NCBI GenBank assembly: GCA_009914755.4
Contig: CP086569.2
Span: 16,832,001 to 16,896,000 of the forward strand
Length of the DNA: 64,000 bases
Direction of reading: 5' to 3'
Source: the human T2T-CHM13v2.0 reference genome, Homo sapiens
Shown here: piece by piece, positions 1 through 13,494 of the stretch
How the letters are laid out: the number at the start of each line of letters is the position of its first letter
Position numbering within the stretch: position 1 is the stretch's first letter
Position numbers and translations under genes: made by a program
Notes under the pieces: model-generated
What the model was told of the DNA's origin: nothing
Seen by the model: the letters and a program-made list of their open reading frames with translations, nothing else
Database searches by the model: none

Positions 1-179
1 TTGTATCAAACTTTACAGCCATTGTTCCATTCTATTCTGACATAGAACTTCTAGGCCAACCTTCTTTTTCTCCATGTTCTTCTGGACTTCCTTTTCTTCC
101 TTAATGCCCTCATCTTTATTTTTAACATTTTGTAATATCCTTAAGCCATGGTCTAATGAGAAATTTATTGTGTAGCCGT

Positions 180-880
180 TTTTCTGAAAACCAACTTGGA
201 ACCACTAGAGTGAAGTCCTGATTTATTCTTAAAAATGCCACTTCTGTGACATCTTTAATTTTTTCTTCTCTTCTCATCTTCATGATGTCCAACAGTCATC
301 TGGAAAAAAGTTCAACATCACTGATTATTAGAGAAATGCAAATCAAAACCACCATAAGATACAATGTGACACTAGTCAGAATAGCCATTATTAAATGTCA
401 AAAAATAACAAGGTTACTGGCAAGGTTGCAGAGAAAAAGGAACACTTACACACGTTAGGAGTGTAAATTAATTCAGCCATGTGGAAATCAATATGGTGAT
501 TCCTGAAAGAGCTAAAAACAGAACTACTATTTGACCGAGAAATCCAATTACTGGGTATATACTCAAATAAATATAAATCCTACTATAAAGATACATGTAT
601 CTGCATGTTCATTGCAGCACTATTCACAAGGGCAAATGCATGGAATCCACCTAAATGCCTATCAATGTGGACTGGATAAAGAAAACATGGTACACCATGG
701 AATACTTTGCAGCCATAAATAGGAAAGAGATCATGGCCTTTGCAGGAACAAGAATGGAGGAGGAAGCCATTATCTAGTAAACTAATGCAGCAATAGAAAG
801 TTGCATGTTCTCACTTGTAAGTGGTGGCTAAATGATAAAAACATGGAATATATAAAGGGGAACTGTTGGGATTCCCTCAG
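180..880 (+). mobile_element. Old L1 (L1PB/L1M-like) 3' fragment carrying ORF2 C-terminal remnant
   Basis: Translation 246-458 reads [11 protein letters not shown]..., the conserved L1 ORF2 C-terminal block. Downstream frames carry GIYS-KYKS-YYKDTC and WNPPKC motifs with frameshifts. Confidence 0.7.
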
Positions 881-963
881 GATAGTGGCAGAAATATTAA
901 AAGGAAATACTAGGGAAAGTTATACGGAATAGTCACAAACCTTTTTGAAAGGCCGAAAGATTA

Positions 964-1484
964 CATAGCTTGTAATAATTGAACAGGCTGAAGGTGGCCA
1001 GTTCTTACCTTAGAGCTTAGGTCATAAAATAAATACTAGGGACAATAGAGGCTTCCTCAATTAAGTCTGTTTACCCTGCCTCCATTAACTAAGCTTTGAG
1101 CCACATGGCCCTCTTGCAGGGAGGTCCACCAGGGACATCGCCCCTTAATGGTATTTACTTTAGACCATGGAACCAGAGCTTTAATCATTCCTAGAACTAC
1201 TCTCTTAACTGTGTTAATTATCTACAAATGTGTTTATTCAAAGCTTCTGTTGTTAATTCTATACTAAATAAATTCCTGGAGTGCAAGCTGCTCAGGGCCA
1301 CAGCTGCCATTATTTACAGAACTGTCCTTGGAGTGTGTGAGTGGCCTCGGATCCTCAGCTGGACTGGCAATGCAGAATATCTGTGTGTCAGTGTACTTTA
1401 TTCATCCATTGCAGGGTCAGAGGTCTGTGAAGCACAGACTCCCCACAGCTAGTGCCCTACAGCAAAAGGAGAGCTGCCTCAGGC
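964..1484 (+). mobile_element. Possible solo LTR or unclassified insertion between L1 3' pieces
   Basis: A 520-bp segment begins TGTAATAA and ends GGCAACA, with AATAAA signals (taaataaattcctgg). It lies between L1 ORF2-end sequence and an L1 3'UTR tail. No family recognised. Confidence 0.25.
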
Positions 1485-1489
1485 AACAA

Positions 1490-1690
1490 CACTTTGGGGC
1501 ATGTTGGAGGGTACAGGGTGGGGGGAGGGAGAGAATGAGGAAAAAAAAAAACTAATGGGTACTAGGCTTAGTAGCTGGGTGATGAAATAATCTGTACAAC
1601 AAACCCCATGACAAAAGTTTCCCGATATGAGGCACCCTCACATCTACCCCGAGACTAAAATAAAATTTTTTAAAAAGGGAATGTCAATTA
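1490..1690 (+). mobile_element. L1 3'UTR terminal segment with A-rich tail
   Basis: ggggagggagagaatgaggaaaaa...ctaatgggtactaggcttagtagctgggtgatgaaataatctgtacaacaaacc... ending taaaataaaattttttaaaaa matches the conserved end of primate L1 3'UTRs. Confidence 0.55.
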
Positions 1691-1932
1691 TGCAAACATT
1701 GAATCCTGCTTGTCTTTCATTGCTATCTAATCCAATGTAAAACATGCTTATCTTTCCTTGTGTCACTTGGAGTGATTTCCTAAAACCTATCCACTGTGTT
1801 TCTGGCAGTATTTCAGTCTTTAAAATTGTATTTTATTGTAGTCCAAATAACCATTGTCAACCTTTTTCTTCTTGTTTTTTCTGTCTTATGAGCTCTCCCA
1901 ACTTAATTTAAATCAAGTGATCTGTGATTTCT

Positions 1933-1942
1933 GCTGTTTTGT

Positions 1943-1976
<34 letters not shown>
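1933..1976. repeat. poly(T) tract of about 44 nt
   Basis: Uninterrupted T run. Confidence 0.95.
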
Positions 1977-1979
<3 letters not shown>

Positions 1980-2094
1980 TAAAGGCATGTACTTATTTCA
2001 ACTCATGTTGAAAGCACAATCATGTGTTGAAAATGTGTTGTAGAATATGAAGAATGATACTGGAAGAGTTTTCTGAAATCAATATTTGCTTATG

Positions 2095-2170
2095 TGAACA
2101 TTATTTTTCTCTCTCTTTTTGTTGTTTGTTTGTTTGCTTTTTGTTTTGTTTTGGTTTTGTTTTTTTTTGG
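2095..2170. repeat. (GTTT)n / T-rich simple repeat
   Basis: ttgtttgtttgtttgctttttgttttgttttggttttg. Confidence 0.8.
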
Positions 2171-2424
2171 CATGTTTCTCTTTCCACACTCCCCACCTGC
2201 CTTCCTTGCAGTTTTTAAGCTAGAGTTTTCTGGTGGGTATTTTGACTTTTACTTCTCTTAGAACAGACCACTGGCAATCCACAAAGACTAAAATTGAAGG
2301 GATCTGTTCTATAGCTGTCATTTTAGTTTGCTACTTTAAACTCCTTCTTGTCAAATCCGTTATTGTTTGTCCTGGGTTCCTTTTTCTTGGATTGGATAGT
2401 TTAGATAGTTGGTATAGATGATTG

Positions 2425-2784
2425 CAAAATCCCTATATCAGTACGTTGCTGATAAAGACATACCCGAGACTAGGTAATTTGTAAAGAAAAAGATGATAAA
2501 TGGACTTACAGTTCTACATTGTTTGGGAGGCCTCACAATCATGGCAGAAGGTGAAAGACATTTTACATTGCTGTGGCAAGTGAGACTGAGAGCCAAGTGA
2601 AAGGGGTTTCACCTTAAAAAGCCAAAAGATCTCATGAGACTTATTCACTTCCATGAAATCATTGTGGGGAAAACCATCCTCACGATTCAATTATTTCCCA
2701 CCAGGTCCCTCCCACAACCCATGGGAATTATGGGAGCTGCAAGTCAGGATGAGATTTGGGTAGGGACACAACCAAACCATATCA
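2425..2784 (-). mobile_element. ERVL-MaLR LTR (THE1/MST-type)
   Basis: Reverse-complement MaLR LTR hallmarks are present, for example ctgataaagacatacccgagactaggtaatt and cttacaatcatggcagaaggtgaaag. The copy ends with ggtagggacacaaccaaaccatatca. Confidence 0.8.
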
Positions 2785-2877
2785 TCCATTAACCCATTGT
2801 TTCTCTGTGGTTGTATTTATAATTTTGTGATGACTTCCTCTCAAACTTAACTTGCTTCACCTCAGGCAGTCTTGTAG

Positions 2878-3260
<383 letters not shown>

Positions 3261-3412
3261 GGGGGTGACAGTTTTTTTTTAAAAACTCAGATGTTTTATC
3301 AAAAAGCTTATCCACCAAGATCAAGTGGGCTTCATCCCTGGGATGCAAGGCTGGTTAAATATACACAAATCAATAAATCCAGCATATAAACAGAACCAAA
3401 GACAAAAACCAC

Positions 3413-4102
3413 ATGATTATCTCAATAGATGCAGAAAAGGCCTTTGACAAAATTCAACAACCCTTCATGCTAAAAACTCTCAATAAATTAGGCATTGATG
3501 GGATGTATCTCAAAATAATAAGAGCTATCTATGGCAAACCCACAGCCAATATCATACTGAATAGGCAAAAACTGGAAGCATTCCTTTTGAAAACTGGCAC
3601 AAGACAGGGATGCCCTCTCTTACCACTCCTATTCAACATAGTGTTGGAAGTCCTGGCCAGGTCAATTAGGAAGAAGAAGGAAATAAAGGGTATTCAATTA
3701 GAAAAAGAGGAAGCCAAATTGTCCCTGTTTGTAGATAACATGATTGTATATCTCAAAAACCCCATTGTCTCAGCCCAAAATCTGCTTAAGCTGATAAACA
3801 ACTTCAGCAAAGTCTCAGGATACAAAATCAATGTACAAAAATCACAAGCATTCTTATACACCAATAACAGACAAACAGAGAGCCAAATCATGACTGAACT
3901 CCCATTCACATTTGCTTCAAAGGGAATAAAATACCTAGAAATCCAACTTACAAAGGACATGAAGGATCTCTTCAAGGAGAACTACAAACCACTGCTCAGT
4001 GAAATAAAAAAAGGATACAAAGAAATGGAAGAACATTCCATGCTCATGGGTAGGAAGAATCAATATCGTGAAAATGGCCATACTACCCAACGTAATTTAT
4101 AG
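3413..4102 (+). pseudogene. L1 ORF2 reverse-transcriptase fragment (229 aa)
   Basis: [30 protein letters not shown]...FVDNMIVYL, which corresponds to the L1 RT motifs including F-DDM-VY-type. Confidence 0.85.
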
Positions 4103-4349
4103 ATTCAATGCCATCCCCGTCAAGCTACCAATGACTTTCTTCACAGAATTGGAAAAAACTTTAAAGTTCATATGGAACTGAAAAGGAGTCCGCATCACCA
4201 AGTCAATCCTAAGCCAAAAGAACAAAGCTGGAGGCATCACACTACATGACTTCAAACTATACTACAAGGCTATAGTAACCAAAACAGCATGGTACTGGTA
4301 TAAAAACAGAGATATAGATCAATGGAACAGAATAGAGCCATCAGAAATA

Positions 4350-5360
4350 ATGCTGTGTATCTACAACTATCTGATCTTTGACAAACCTGAGAAAAACAAG
4401 CAGTGGGGAAAAGATTACCTATTTAATAAATGGTGCTGGGAAAACTGGCTGGCCATATGTAGAAAGCTGAAACTGGATCCCTTCCTTACACCTTATACAA
4501 AAATCAATTCAAGATGGATTAAAGACTCAAACATTAGACCTAAAACCATAAAAACCCTAGAAGAAAACCTAGGCATTACCCTTCAGTACATAGGCATGGG
4601 CAAGGACTTCATGTCTAAAACAACAAAAACAATGGCAACAAAAGCCAAAATTGACAAATGGGATCTAATTAAACTAAAGAGCTTCTGCACAGTAAAAGAA
4701 ACTACCATCAGAGTGAACACACAACCTACAAAATGGGAGAAAATTTTTGCAACCTACTCATCTGACAAAGGGCTAGTATCCAGAATCTACAATGAACTCA
4801 AACAAATTTACAAGAAAAAAACAAACAACCCCATCAAAAAGTGGGCGAAGGACATGAACAGACACTTCTCAAAAGAAGACATTTATGCAGCAAAAAAATT
4901 CATGAGAAAATGCTCACCATCACTGGCCATCAGAGAAATGCAAATCAAAACCACAATGAGATACCATCTCACACCAGTTAGAATGGCAATCATTAAAAAC
5001 TCAGGAAACAACAGGTGCTGGAGAGGATGTGGAGAAATAGGAACACTTTTACACTGTTGGTGGGACTGTAAACTAGTTCAACCATTGTGGAAGTCAGTGT
5101 GGCTATTCCTCAGGGATCTAGAACTGGAAATACCATTTGACCCAGCCATCCCATTACTGGGTATATACACAAAGGACTATAAATCATGCTGCTGTAAAGA
5201 CACATGCACACGTATGTTTATTGCGGCACTATTCACAATAGCAAAGACTTGGAACCAACCCAAATGTCCAACAATGATAGACTGGATTAAGAAAATGTGG
5301 CACATGTACACCATGGAATACTATGCAGCCATAAAAAATGATGAGTTCATGTCTTTGTAG
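4350..5360 (+). pseudogene. L1 ORF2 C-terminal fragment (336 aa)
   Basis: ...[58 protein letters not shown]...[15 protein letters not shown]... Confidence 0.85.
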
Positions 5361-5683
5361 GGACATGGATGAAACTGGAAATCATCATTCTCAGTAAACT
5401 ATCGCAAGAACAAAAAAACAAACACCGCATCTTCTCACTCATAGGTGGGAATTGAACAATGAGAACACCTGGGCACAGGAAGGGGAACATCACACACCGG
5501 GGACTATTGTGGGGTGGGGGGAGGGGGGAGGGATAGCATTAGGAGATACACCTAATGTTAAATGATGAGTTAATGGGTGCAGCACACCAGCATGGCACTA
5601 GTATACATATGTAACTAACCTGCACATTGTGCACATGTACCCTAAAACTTAAAGTATAATAATAAAAAAAAAAGTGACATGAA

Positions 5684-5709
5684 CACACACACACACACAC
5701 ACACACACA
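5684..5709. repeat. (CA)n microsatellite
   Basis: acacacacacacacacacacacacaa, immediately after the L1 poly(A). Confidence 0.9.
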
Positions 5710-7469
5710 AATAAAATAAAGGGTCAGCCAAGGACTGGAAAAAAAATTGAGATGTTTTTTCTCGTTTTTGTTCTCACCGATATGATTTTATTCGGAACTT
5801 CCCATAAGCACCTCTCTAGAAAGATGAGGCAGAGGGGAGTTTACAGTCAGCTTTCAACATTCAAAACAGGATTCTGAAGCAAGCGATATCATCTTGATAC
5901 ACAGGATTTGTTGAGAAAAGGGATTTACACTCATCCATTTGTATTTATATTTAATTACTGGGTATTACTCTCAAATCTCAAACACTTTTTTTCTGAGAAC
6001 TATTTATTCTGATGGAACACAGGCTATCATTATCTACCCTTTCTTGAGTAGACTTCACAATTAGCCAGAAAGTGTCTTGGTAAGTGGCCTGAACTTGTCA
6101 TCATTTCTTGCTTTCATTGAAGATGAAGTTTTCTTCCACTTATTTGATTGAGAAAGAGATTGAAGTTAAAAATGGCTTTACAACATTTAACAGAAATACT
6201 GGATAGTTTTAATTTAAGTTATCCATCTTAGAAGAAATTTCTGTAAAAGCTTGACTTTTTGCATGTAGGGATCATCTTAAAGTCTTTCAATCATTTATTC
6301 AAGGAATATTCTCAAGTTCCAGCTCTAAGACTGTGATTAAGCTAAGTCCTGAATATGTATCAATGAATAAATGAACATAGCCACCCACATGTTAGAAAGA
6401 GAATAATCCCTAAGATAAACAAAAATAGAGCAAAGAATATGGGTCTATGTGCTAAGTAGGAGAGGATGGTGTCTGGGGAGGGGTTGCTGTGGAAGATTTG
6501 TGAACAAGATGTCTTTTCAGTAAATTTATTCAATCTTACTTTGAATGGCATTTCCCACTCATAATGTCCCTATTTCTAGCAGAATTAGATTTGTAAGCAA
6601 ATTTCCCATTGTAGGCATAAAATGTATTTCTTCATTTGAACCAGGATTGAGTTCTTCTTGAAACAGAATAAGCCAATCTCTATTTGAAGAGTGAACACCA
6701 GCTTCATTCAGTGCCCTTCTCTCTTCTCTCCATTTCAGACTAATTTTCAAGTTACTGTCCTCTCTCGTTTTAGATCTGATGTATGTCACTACTTTGGAAT
6801 TATTTCTTTACATAGTTGGTTCTACTGAATGGAATTCCTGATTTATGGGCAATTCTTTATAATGGGCATTATATCATTTTATTGAAGCCCTGGTGTTCAG
6901 TTTGGGAGAAGGAGCGAGTCACCTTCCAGACATTTTTTTCCCCAATTTAAGGTCTTAGAAATTGACATGATTAGTCAAAAATAAGTAATTAAAATTGAGT
7001 TGAGTTACTTAATAATCATGTAAGCACCAATGTTTTCTGTTAGAAAATTAAGTAATTAAGGTGACTATTGATTATTATGGATGATAATATAAATTCATAT
7101 TTCCAAAAGGATGAGCTCTCATTTTTTCATCTATATGTTTAATCACTTAAACTGAATCTTGTCTACTGATAAATGATGCTTAGATAGTACATAATAAACA
7201 TATTGCATTGTTGGGCAAATTGAATAAATGTTGAGTTTGAATTATTAAATTGAAAGAAAGCATACTAACTAAAGAAAATGACCACTCTCTCAATTCCTCA
7301 GGCATCTCTAAGAATACGGAGAAAATAAAATAGGGTGTGGTTATTAGGGCCGAATTATTATTGGACCGGGCATAGATTCAGGAAAAGAAAACTGTGCAAT
7401 TTAAAGCTATCATAACTCCACAATTTGAAATTTACCCTAAAGAAATCATCAGATTTACCAAAAGATTTA

Positions 7470-7818
7470 TGACTGAAAATGTTTATTACAATTTTATTGC
7501 ATGGTTCTCCAGGCTGTATAGAAAGCATGGTGCTGAGATCTGCTCAACTTCTGGGTAGACTTCATGAAACTTACAATCGTGGCAGAAGATGCAGGGGAAG
7601 CAGCCCCATATTACATGACTAGAGCATAAGAGAAGAGCCAGGGAGATGCCACACATTTTTAAACAACCAGATCTCACAATAATTCACCATCACAAGGACA
7701 GTACCAATGGGAAAATCCACTCCCATGATCCAATTGCTTTCCACCAGGTCACAACTCCAACATTGGACTTTACAGTTCAACATGAGATTTGGATGGCAAC
7801 ACAGATCCAAACCATATC
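7470..7818 (-). mobile_element. ERVL-MaLR LTR (THE1/MST-type), partial
   Basis: ggctgtatagaaagcatggtgctg...cttacaatcgtggcagaagatgcagggg...ccacacatttttaaacaaccagatctcac...ggatggcaacacagatccaaaccatatca. Confidence 0.75.
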
Positions 7819-7951
7819 AGAGGCTGAGAGAGATGAAAAGCTTTCTGTTATTTTGAGCAGATGAGTAAAATAACTTGATAGATATACTTCCCTAGGATCA
7901 CAGCTAAAGTCCTCTGTTGCACCTGTAGTGCCTTCAGAACAAAGTTCACAC

Positions 7952-8110
7952 TTTTTTTTTTTTTTTTTTGAGGTCTCCTCTCTCACCAGGCTGGAGTGCA
8001 GTGACATGATCTCGGCTGACTGTGACATCTGCCTCCTAGGTTTAAGCAATCATCCTGACTCAGTCTCCCAAGTAGCAGGGACAATAAGTGCAGGCCACCA
8101 TGCCGGATTC
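7952..8110 (-). mobile_element. Alu fragment (one arm) with poly-T lead
   Basis: t(18)gaggtctcctctctcaccaggctggagtgcagtgacatgatctcggctgac...ctcccaagtagcagggacaataagtgcaggccaccatgcc. Confidence 0.8.
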
Positions 8111-9321
8111 CATTCTTCTTAATATAGTTACCTGATACATTCATCTGTCAGAGCCACCCAGTATATGTTCCAGCCTTTTTCGTACTATTCCTAATAACCT
8201 AAGTGCACCATGTAGTTTACTTCACCGTGTCTCTGTGCATCCTGTTTTGTCTGACTCAAAAGTCATTTCTTCCACTCTTTAAATAGTCAACTCTGACCTG
8301 TGCATTTAAACAACCAATTTAGGGTTGCATTTCCTATCCTGGCACTACTTGGATTTTATGTTAGCATCTCTTGCTCCAGATTGGGCGCACCCAGAGGACC
8401 AAGACTCTTCTCAGAGGAGCTTGTGAGAATTGATGAATTTAAAGAAAAAAGATATAGAGAAGAAAGTCCATACACATTAGAAAAAAATGCCAAACAGAGT
8501 AAACAACGGGTAAAAGGGCAAATCATTACAAAATGACAAAAAGGGTGACTTCAGAGCAAAGCCCTTTCTTAGCATAGCAAGTAGGACAGACATTTATATT
8601 TGATAACATTATTCCACTCTCTTGCTATCCCACAGCCACCTGGTTCAAGATGCAGATATCATGAAATGGGGCTATATCATTTAGTAGGAAAGAAGACTGT
8701 GTAACATAAGATTACCAGGTTTCTCAGAGATGTTTTGCTGAACTATTTTTTTAAGGATGTGGAGGGAGCTTTGAATATTTTATTATATATCTTGTCTCTA
8801 CTGGAAACAGTCCTTGTTCTCAGTTTACTGGGATGCACTATGCCTTCTCTTTGGAAAACAGTCTTAGATTCTAATACAAGAGAGCTTGGGACATTGCCAG
8901 AGGTGAAAGGCTGGGCTAAATTTCTGTATCCAAGGCTCTAGGCCTAAATGAGAAGCTGTCTCCTGTGCTGCACAGTCTAGTTCAACAGAAATGAAGACTG
9001 TAATTAGGGAGCATTGGAGGAATAAGCCAGTGTATTGGGCAGGGCCTTATATTATGGTGCACTGTTTTTTTTTAGTATGATTCACAGGCAATTCCTATAC
9101 ACAGGCTCCCACTTACAGATTATGGAGATCAGTTAACACATATATCCAGAGATGATCCAACAAGATGATGGAGTATTCTAGAAGGATCTTGGTGTACACA
9201 CTGATTTTCTTCTATTAAGAAAACACTACAAAATAGGGCTGAATTAAAATGAGTTGTAACAGCAAGTGAAATCACCTTGAAAGATTGTCTAAAATGTTGC
9301 ATGATTTATTTACAAAAAGAC

Positions 9322-9895
9322 TTTTTTTTCAACTTTTATTTTAGATGCAGGGGGTACAAATTCAGGATCATTGCCTGGGTGTATCATGTGATGCTGAAGT
9401 TTGAGGTATGGTTGTTGCTGTCACCCAGGTACTGAACATAGTACCCGATAGTTAGTTTTTCAACCCTTGCCTCCGTTATCCCTATCTCTTCTAGTAACCC
9501 AAGTATCTATTGTTCCAATGTGTAGGTACATCTATTCTCAATGTTTAGCTCTCACTTAGAAATGAGAACATGTGGTATTTGGGTTTTCACTTATCTTAAG
9601 TGAATTAACACAGGAAGAAAAACCCAGGTATTTGGGTTCAAGAAATTCTCAGGTATTTATTTTTTTCATTCTGTGTAATTCACTTCGGATAGTAGTTTCC
9701 AGCTGCATCCATGTTGCTGCAAAAGACATGAGTTTATTATTTTTCACATCTGTGTATTATTCCTTGGGGTATATGCACATTTTCTTATCCAGTCCACTGT
9801 TGATGGGCACTTTGGTTCATTCCACTATTTTGCTATTGTAAATAGTGCTATGATAAGTATAGAAGTTTAGGTGTATTTTGGTACAAGAATTTATG
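9322..9895 (-). mobile_element. Old L1 3' end (antisense), including part of the ORF2 C-terminal region
   Basis: A poly-T lead is followed by cttttattttagatgcagggggtacaaattcagg...tgagaacatgtggtatttgggttttc...ccagctgcatccatgttgctgcaaaagacatgag...tccactgttgatgggcactttggttcattcc, which is L1 antisense. Confidence 0.65.
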
Positions 9896-10410
9896 TCTCT
9901 ATGTAAAAATTTTTTATTTAGTGAACTTATTTTTTAAAGAAGTTTTAGTTTCGCAGTAAATTCAGGTGAAAGTACAGGCAATTCACATGTAGCCTCTGTC
10001 TCCAACAACAAAACATCTCTTTGAGAGCATACAACCTCCACCACACCCTTCTAAAATGTAAGCAGTCATGATTTTCAGTTATTATTTTGGATTAACTATG
10101 CCACTGTCATTTTCTGGGAGCCTCCTTTCCTTGTTTGGCTCAATATTTTTATTATATTTTATTTGTAAAAGCAATTTTAGGGTCACAGCAAAATTAAGCA
10201 AAAGGTACAGAATTTCCATGTGCCTCTGACCCCACACATGCACAGCCTCCCCCACTCTCAACGTGGCATTTCACAGTGGTGCATTTGTGAAAACTGATGA
10301 ACTTACACATCGTTGTCCCTGAAGTCCATAATTCACATTACGGTTCACTCTTGGTGATGTTCATTCTAGAGGTTTGAACAAATGTATAATGACATGCATC
10401 CATCATTATA

Positions 10411-10478
10411 TTAGGTGGGTGCAAAAGTAATTATGGGTTTTGTTAATACTTTGGTACAATAATTTTGCACCAACCTAA
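10411..10478. mobile_element. MADE1-like mariner MITE (Hsmar1-derived), flanked by TA dinucleotides
   Basis: ttaggtgggtgcaaaagtaattatgggttttgt...aattttgcaccaacctaa has palindromic TTAGGTTGGTGCAAAAGTAATTG termini and a TA on each side. Confidence 0.7.
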
Positions 10479-11303
10479 TAGGATCACACAGTATAGTTTC
10501 CTTGCCTTAAAAATCCTCTATGCTCCACCTATTAAATCATCACTTATTATCTGAATTTTTACTCTAGCCATCCTTGTGGGTGTGAAGAGGTATCTCTTTG
10601 TAGATGGCAGATTATTTAGAGGCTAACACTTGGTTGTGTGTCCAACCAATTGGACAAGGCTGAGTATTCATGAGGACGATGAAATGAATCCATTTAGCTG
10701 CACAGTGAGAAGAGGGTATGTGCAAACAGACAAGAAAACAAGATGCACCCAAACATTACAAACCACATTTCAAACTCTTCTCTTTGGACAACTATCTCAT
10801 AATGCATCCTTGTCTTAGGTTGCCTGACTGGAAGACAGCATGGATGATCCCTTGTAAATTTATTGACATTGTTGTGATTCCAAATTCATAGCCCGCAATG
10901 TTAGGTGAAAAGCAGCAGTTCTATCCAGGATAGCAAGAACATTGTGTTACAAAGTGATTCAGACTGAGAATGAGAACAATTTTGGAAGTATCCATGAAAT
11001 TCAGCATTCCAAATTAGTTTGGGATATAGATCACCACCATGAAATATGTGCCTTTATCAAAGATGTTAAGATTCTACTATAATTTAGCATAACCTTCTCT
11101 TATTTTTTCTCAGGGCTTTCATATGATGAATATCTCCACTCCCCTAACACAGCTACCATCAAGAGACAAAATTGAGTTCCAGATATTTATAATTTTCCTC
11201 ATCCTTTCCCCGGAATAATTGTGTAAGGGAATGATATAGTGGAACTAAGACTTTAAACATAATTAACGACTATGATTTGGGCTGTGAATATTGAAGATAT
11301 TAT

Positions 11304-11304
<1 letters not shown>

Positions 11305-11338
<34 letters not shown>

Positions 11339-11340
11339 AT
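11305..11340. repeat. (GAT)n microsatellite
   Basis: (gat)11. It produces the poly-Asp artefact ORF 11272-11562. Confidence 0.95.
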
Positions 11341-12626
11341 GACCATAAAAATAGAGTTTGTCAGAGCATTGAGTACTTCCCAGCTATCTTCAATACTTTG
11401 TCATCACAGTTTTTCCTTTGTAGGCAGCATTCACATTGGATAATTTTATTAGCACCTGACTCACCAGGACAACCACTGTCTCTTGCCTACCCACTATCTG
11501 TATCTCCTTTTTTAATAAATAGACCTAAAGCTCACTCAGAACACTGCAATGAGACTGTTTAAACCCATTAATGCCCCTGGGTTCCCTTGCTGCTTTGCAT
11601 GGCTGGGACTGCAAACTCTTTGATATAAAAAGACAAAGATTTACTTGGAAGACCTTCACTCCTTTGCTCTTCTTTTTTTTCAAGACTAGGGATTTTGAAG
11701 CATGGAGTTGTCACGCTATCTTGTAATCACAAGGCTATATAAGACATGAAGCTCAAGCCTGGAGCCTAGGGATATGGTGGCTTCATCCTTAGGAAAGAGG
11801 AGATGAGTCTATATACCTCAGAGTATCATTGAGCCATCACACCAACTCACTGCTCCGTGCTAAAGCTGGAGTAATGTTGCTTTTCTGTTACCTGAATCTG
11901 AATGCAATTTTGTCTGATACATCCTGCCAGCTGCAGGAATTTGCGGACTGTTTTACAACTCAGGACATTGAAATAGCTGACATTTTTCTTTGTGATATTC
12001 AGAAATCATTGAACATTTTGAAGAGATGCATAATGAAAATGGAATTGCCCAGTCACTCCAGACTTCTAACATTAGGTGCCAGGTAGGTGGCAGACTCCCT
12101 ATGCAGCTAGGGGAACAGGGAATGGTGAAACATAGATGAAAATTAAGGACTCACATTTGGACATAATGAGTTGTGAGACACACACTTGCAGAAATCAAGG
12201 AGGAAGTGGGAGCTCAGAAAATGGATCTGAGAAGGAGAAGTCAATGCATATATAATCAGCAAGATGATAAGGTTCAGTTGAGATTATCCATGGAGACTCT
12301 GTGAAGAGAGCTGAGAGTACCCACCACACACCCTCAGGAAGTCCAGCACTTAGAAACTGATTAGAGGAGGACCCTGTAGAAAGGAGGATGAGGGGAACAC
12401 TGAGAAGTAGAAGGAAAACTAGAAGAAGTTACCAAGGCCAAGAGAGAAGCATTCTAGGAAGAGATCCCCTTTAGCTCCCATCAAATGAGGCTTAAATGGA
12501 TGTAATAGAAGACGCAGCATAGTATCTATTGAATTTGCCAAGATGGAATTTGTAACATGATACAAATGTCTCTGAGGATGATGCTAAGTAGAAAACAGTT
12601 TCAAACATGGCATGATTATTTAAATA

Positions 12627-12628
<2 letters not shown>

Positions 12629-12671
<43 letters not shown>

Positions 12672-12729
12672 TACATATATGTATATGTGTGTGTATATAT
12701 ATATATACACACACATATACATATATGTA

Positions 12730-12783
<54 letters not shown>
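12629..12783. repeat. Compound (TA)n/(CA)n/(TATG)n microsatellite
   Basis: Long alternating ta and ca/tg runs. Confidence 0.95.
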
Positions 12784-12786
<3 letters not shown>

Positions 12787-13127
12787 GTTTCTAGACTCTG
12801 AGACTAGTATACACCTTCTCTTGGATATATTGGTTTCCAAATGCTGACAGTTAGGTGGTGAGATCTGGGGTGATTCATACCTTCTTTTTAATATATGCTA
12901 TACTTTTTTGTTCTTTTTATACATTTTCAATCATTTCTTGATTAATTATATGAAGTGACAAAAATAGCTAGATAATGTGGAGTCCATTCATGTCTTCATT
13001 TCAAGTAATCCTGTTTTATTGACAGACAATACCCAAAATTTGGGAAATGATCCATTAACTAATGTATTTAACTCAGTCATATAATTTATTCTTTTTTTTA
13101 TTAGAGTCATGATCTCACTAATATTGC

Positions 13128-13490
13128 TGATATGGTTTGGCTGTGTCCCCACCCAAATGTCATCTTGAATTGTAGCTCCCATAATCTCCACCTGTTACGG
13201 GGGGTACCCAGTGGGAGGTAATCAAATCATGTGGGCAGATCTTTCCCATACTGTTCTTGTGGTAGTGAATAAGTCTTATGAGATCTGATGGTTTTATAAA
13301 TGTCAGTTCCCTGACACAGGCTGTCTTGCCTGCTCCCATATAAGATGTGTCTTACTCCTTCTTTGCCTTCCACCATGATTGTGGAGCCTCTAAAGCTATG
13401 TGGAACTGTGAATACATTAGCCCTCTTTTCCTTGGTAAATTACCCTGTCTCTGGTATTTCTTTATAGCAGTATGAAAATGAACTAACAGA
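13128..13490 (+). mobile_element. THE1/MST-type MaLR LTR, full length
   Basis: It starts tgatatggtttggctgtgtccccacccaaatgtcatcttgaattgtagctcccataat and continues gggaggtaatcaaatcatgtggg...ccaccatgattgtggagcctc. It ends tttatagcagtatgaaaatgaactaa. Confidence 0.88.
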
Positions 13491-13494
13491 TTTG

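Larger units (their letters stand above)
3296..5673 (+). mobile_element. L1PA-type LINE-1, 5'-truncated at 2.4 kb, ORF2 RT to 3'UTR with poly(A)
   Basis: Near-consensus young L1 sequence runs from atcaaaaagcttatccaccaagatcaagtgggcttcatccctgggatgcaagg through the ORF2 end, and the 3'UTR ends aacctgcacattgtgcacatgtaccctaaaacttaaagtataataataaaaaaaaaa. ORF2 is split by frameshifts; track ORFs are 3413-4102 and 4350-5360. Confidence 0.93.

Noticed and set aside
3694-3975. Minus-strand [19 protein letters not shown]... (also 22440-22721 plus-strand and 62998-63432 minus-strand)
   Set aside because: This is the recurrent open frame antisense to the L1 ORF2 RT region. It is present wherever L1 ORF2 occurs and is not an independent gene.
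5660-5680. Possible shared gtgaca motif as target-site duplication for the L1 at 3296-5673
   Set aside because: Only 6 bp, and it overlaps the Alu target-site duplication. A convincing L1 target-site duplication could not be established by eye.
8300-8536. Assorted 60-100 aa ORFs in unique sequence (for example 8300-8536, 24927-25232, 30885-31199, 60901-61143)
   Set aside because: Their length is within random expectation for AT-rich DNA. They show no codon periodicity or recognisable motifs and no splice-site context that I can evaluate.
11272-11562. ORF with a poly-Asp run
   Set aside because: Caused by the (GAT)11 microsatellite. It has no other coding features.
12492-12847. ORFs rich in Tyr/Ile/Cys/His (also at 22828-23152 and 58621-59433)
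   Set aside because: Straight translations of (TA)n/(CA)n/(TATG)n microsatellites on both strands. They are not genes.
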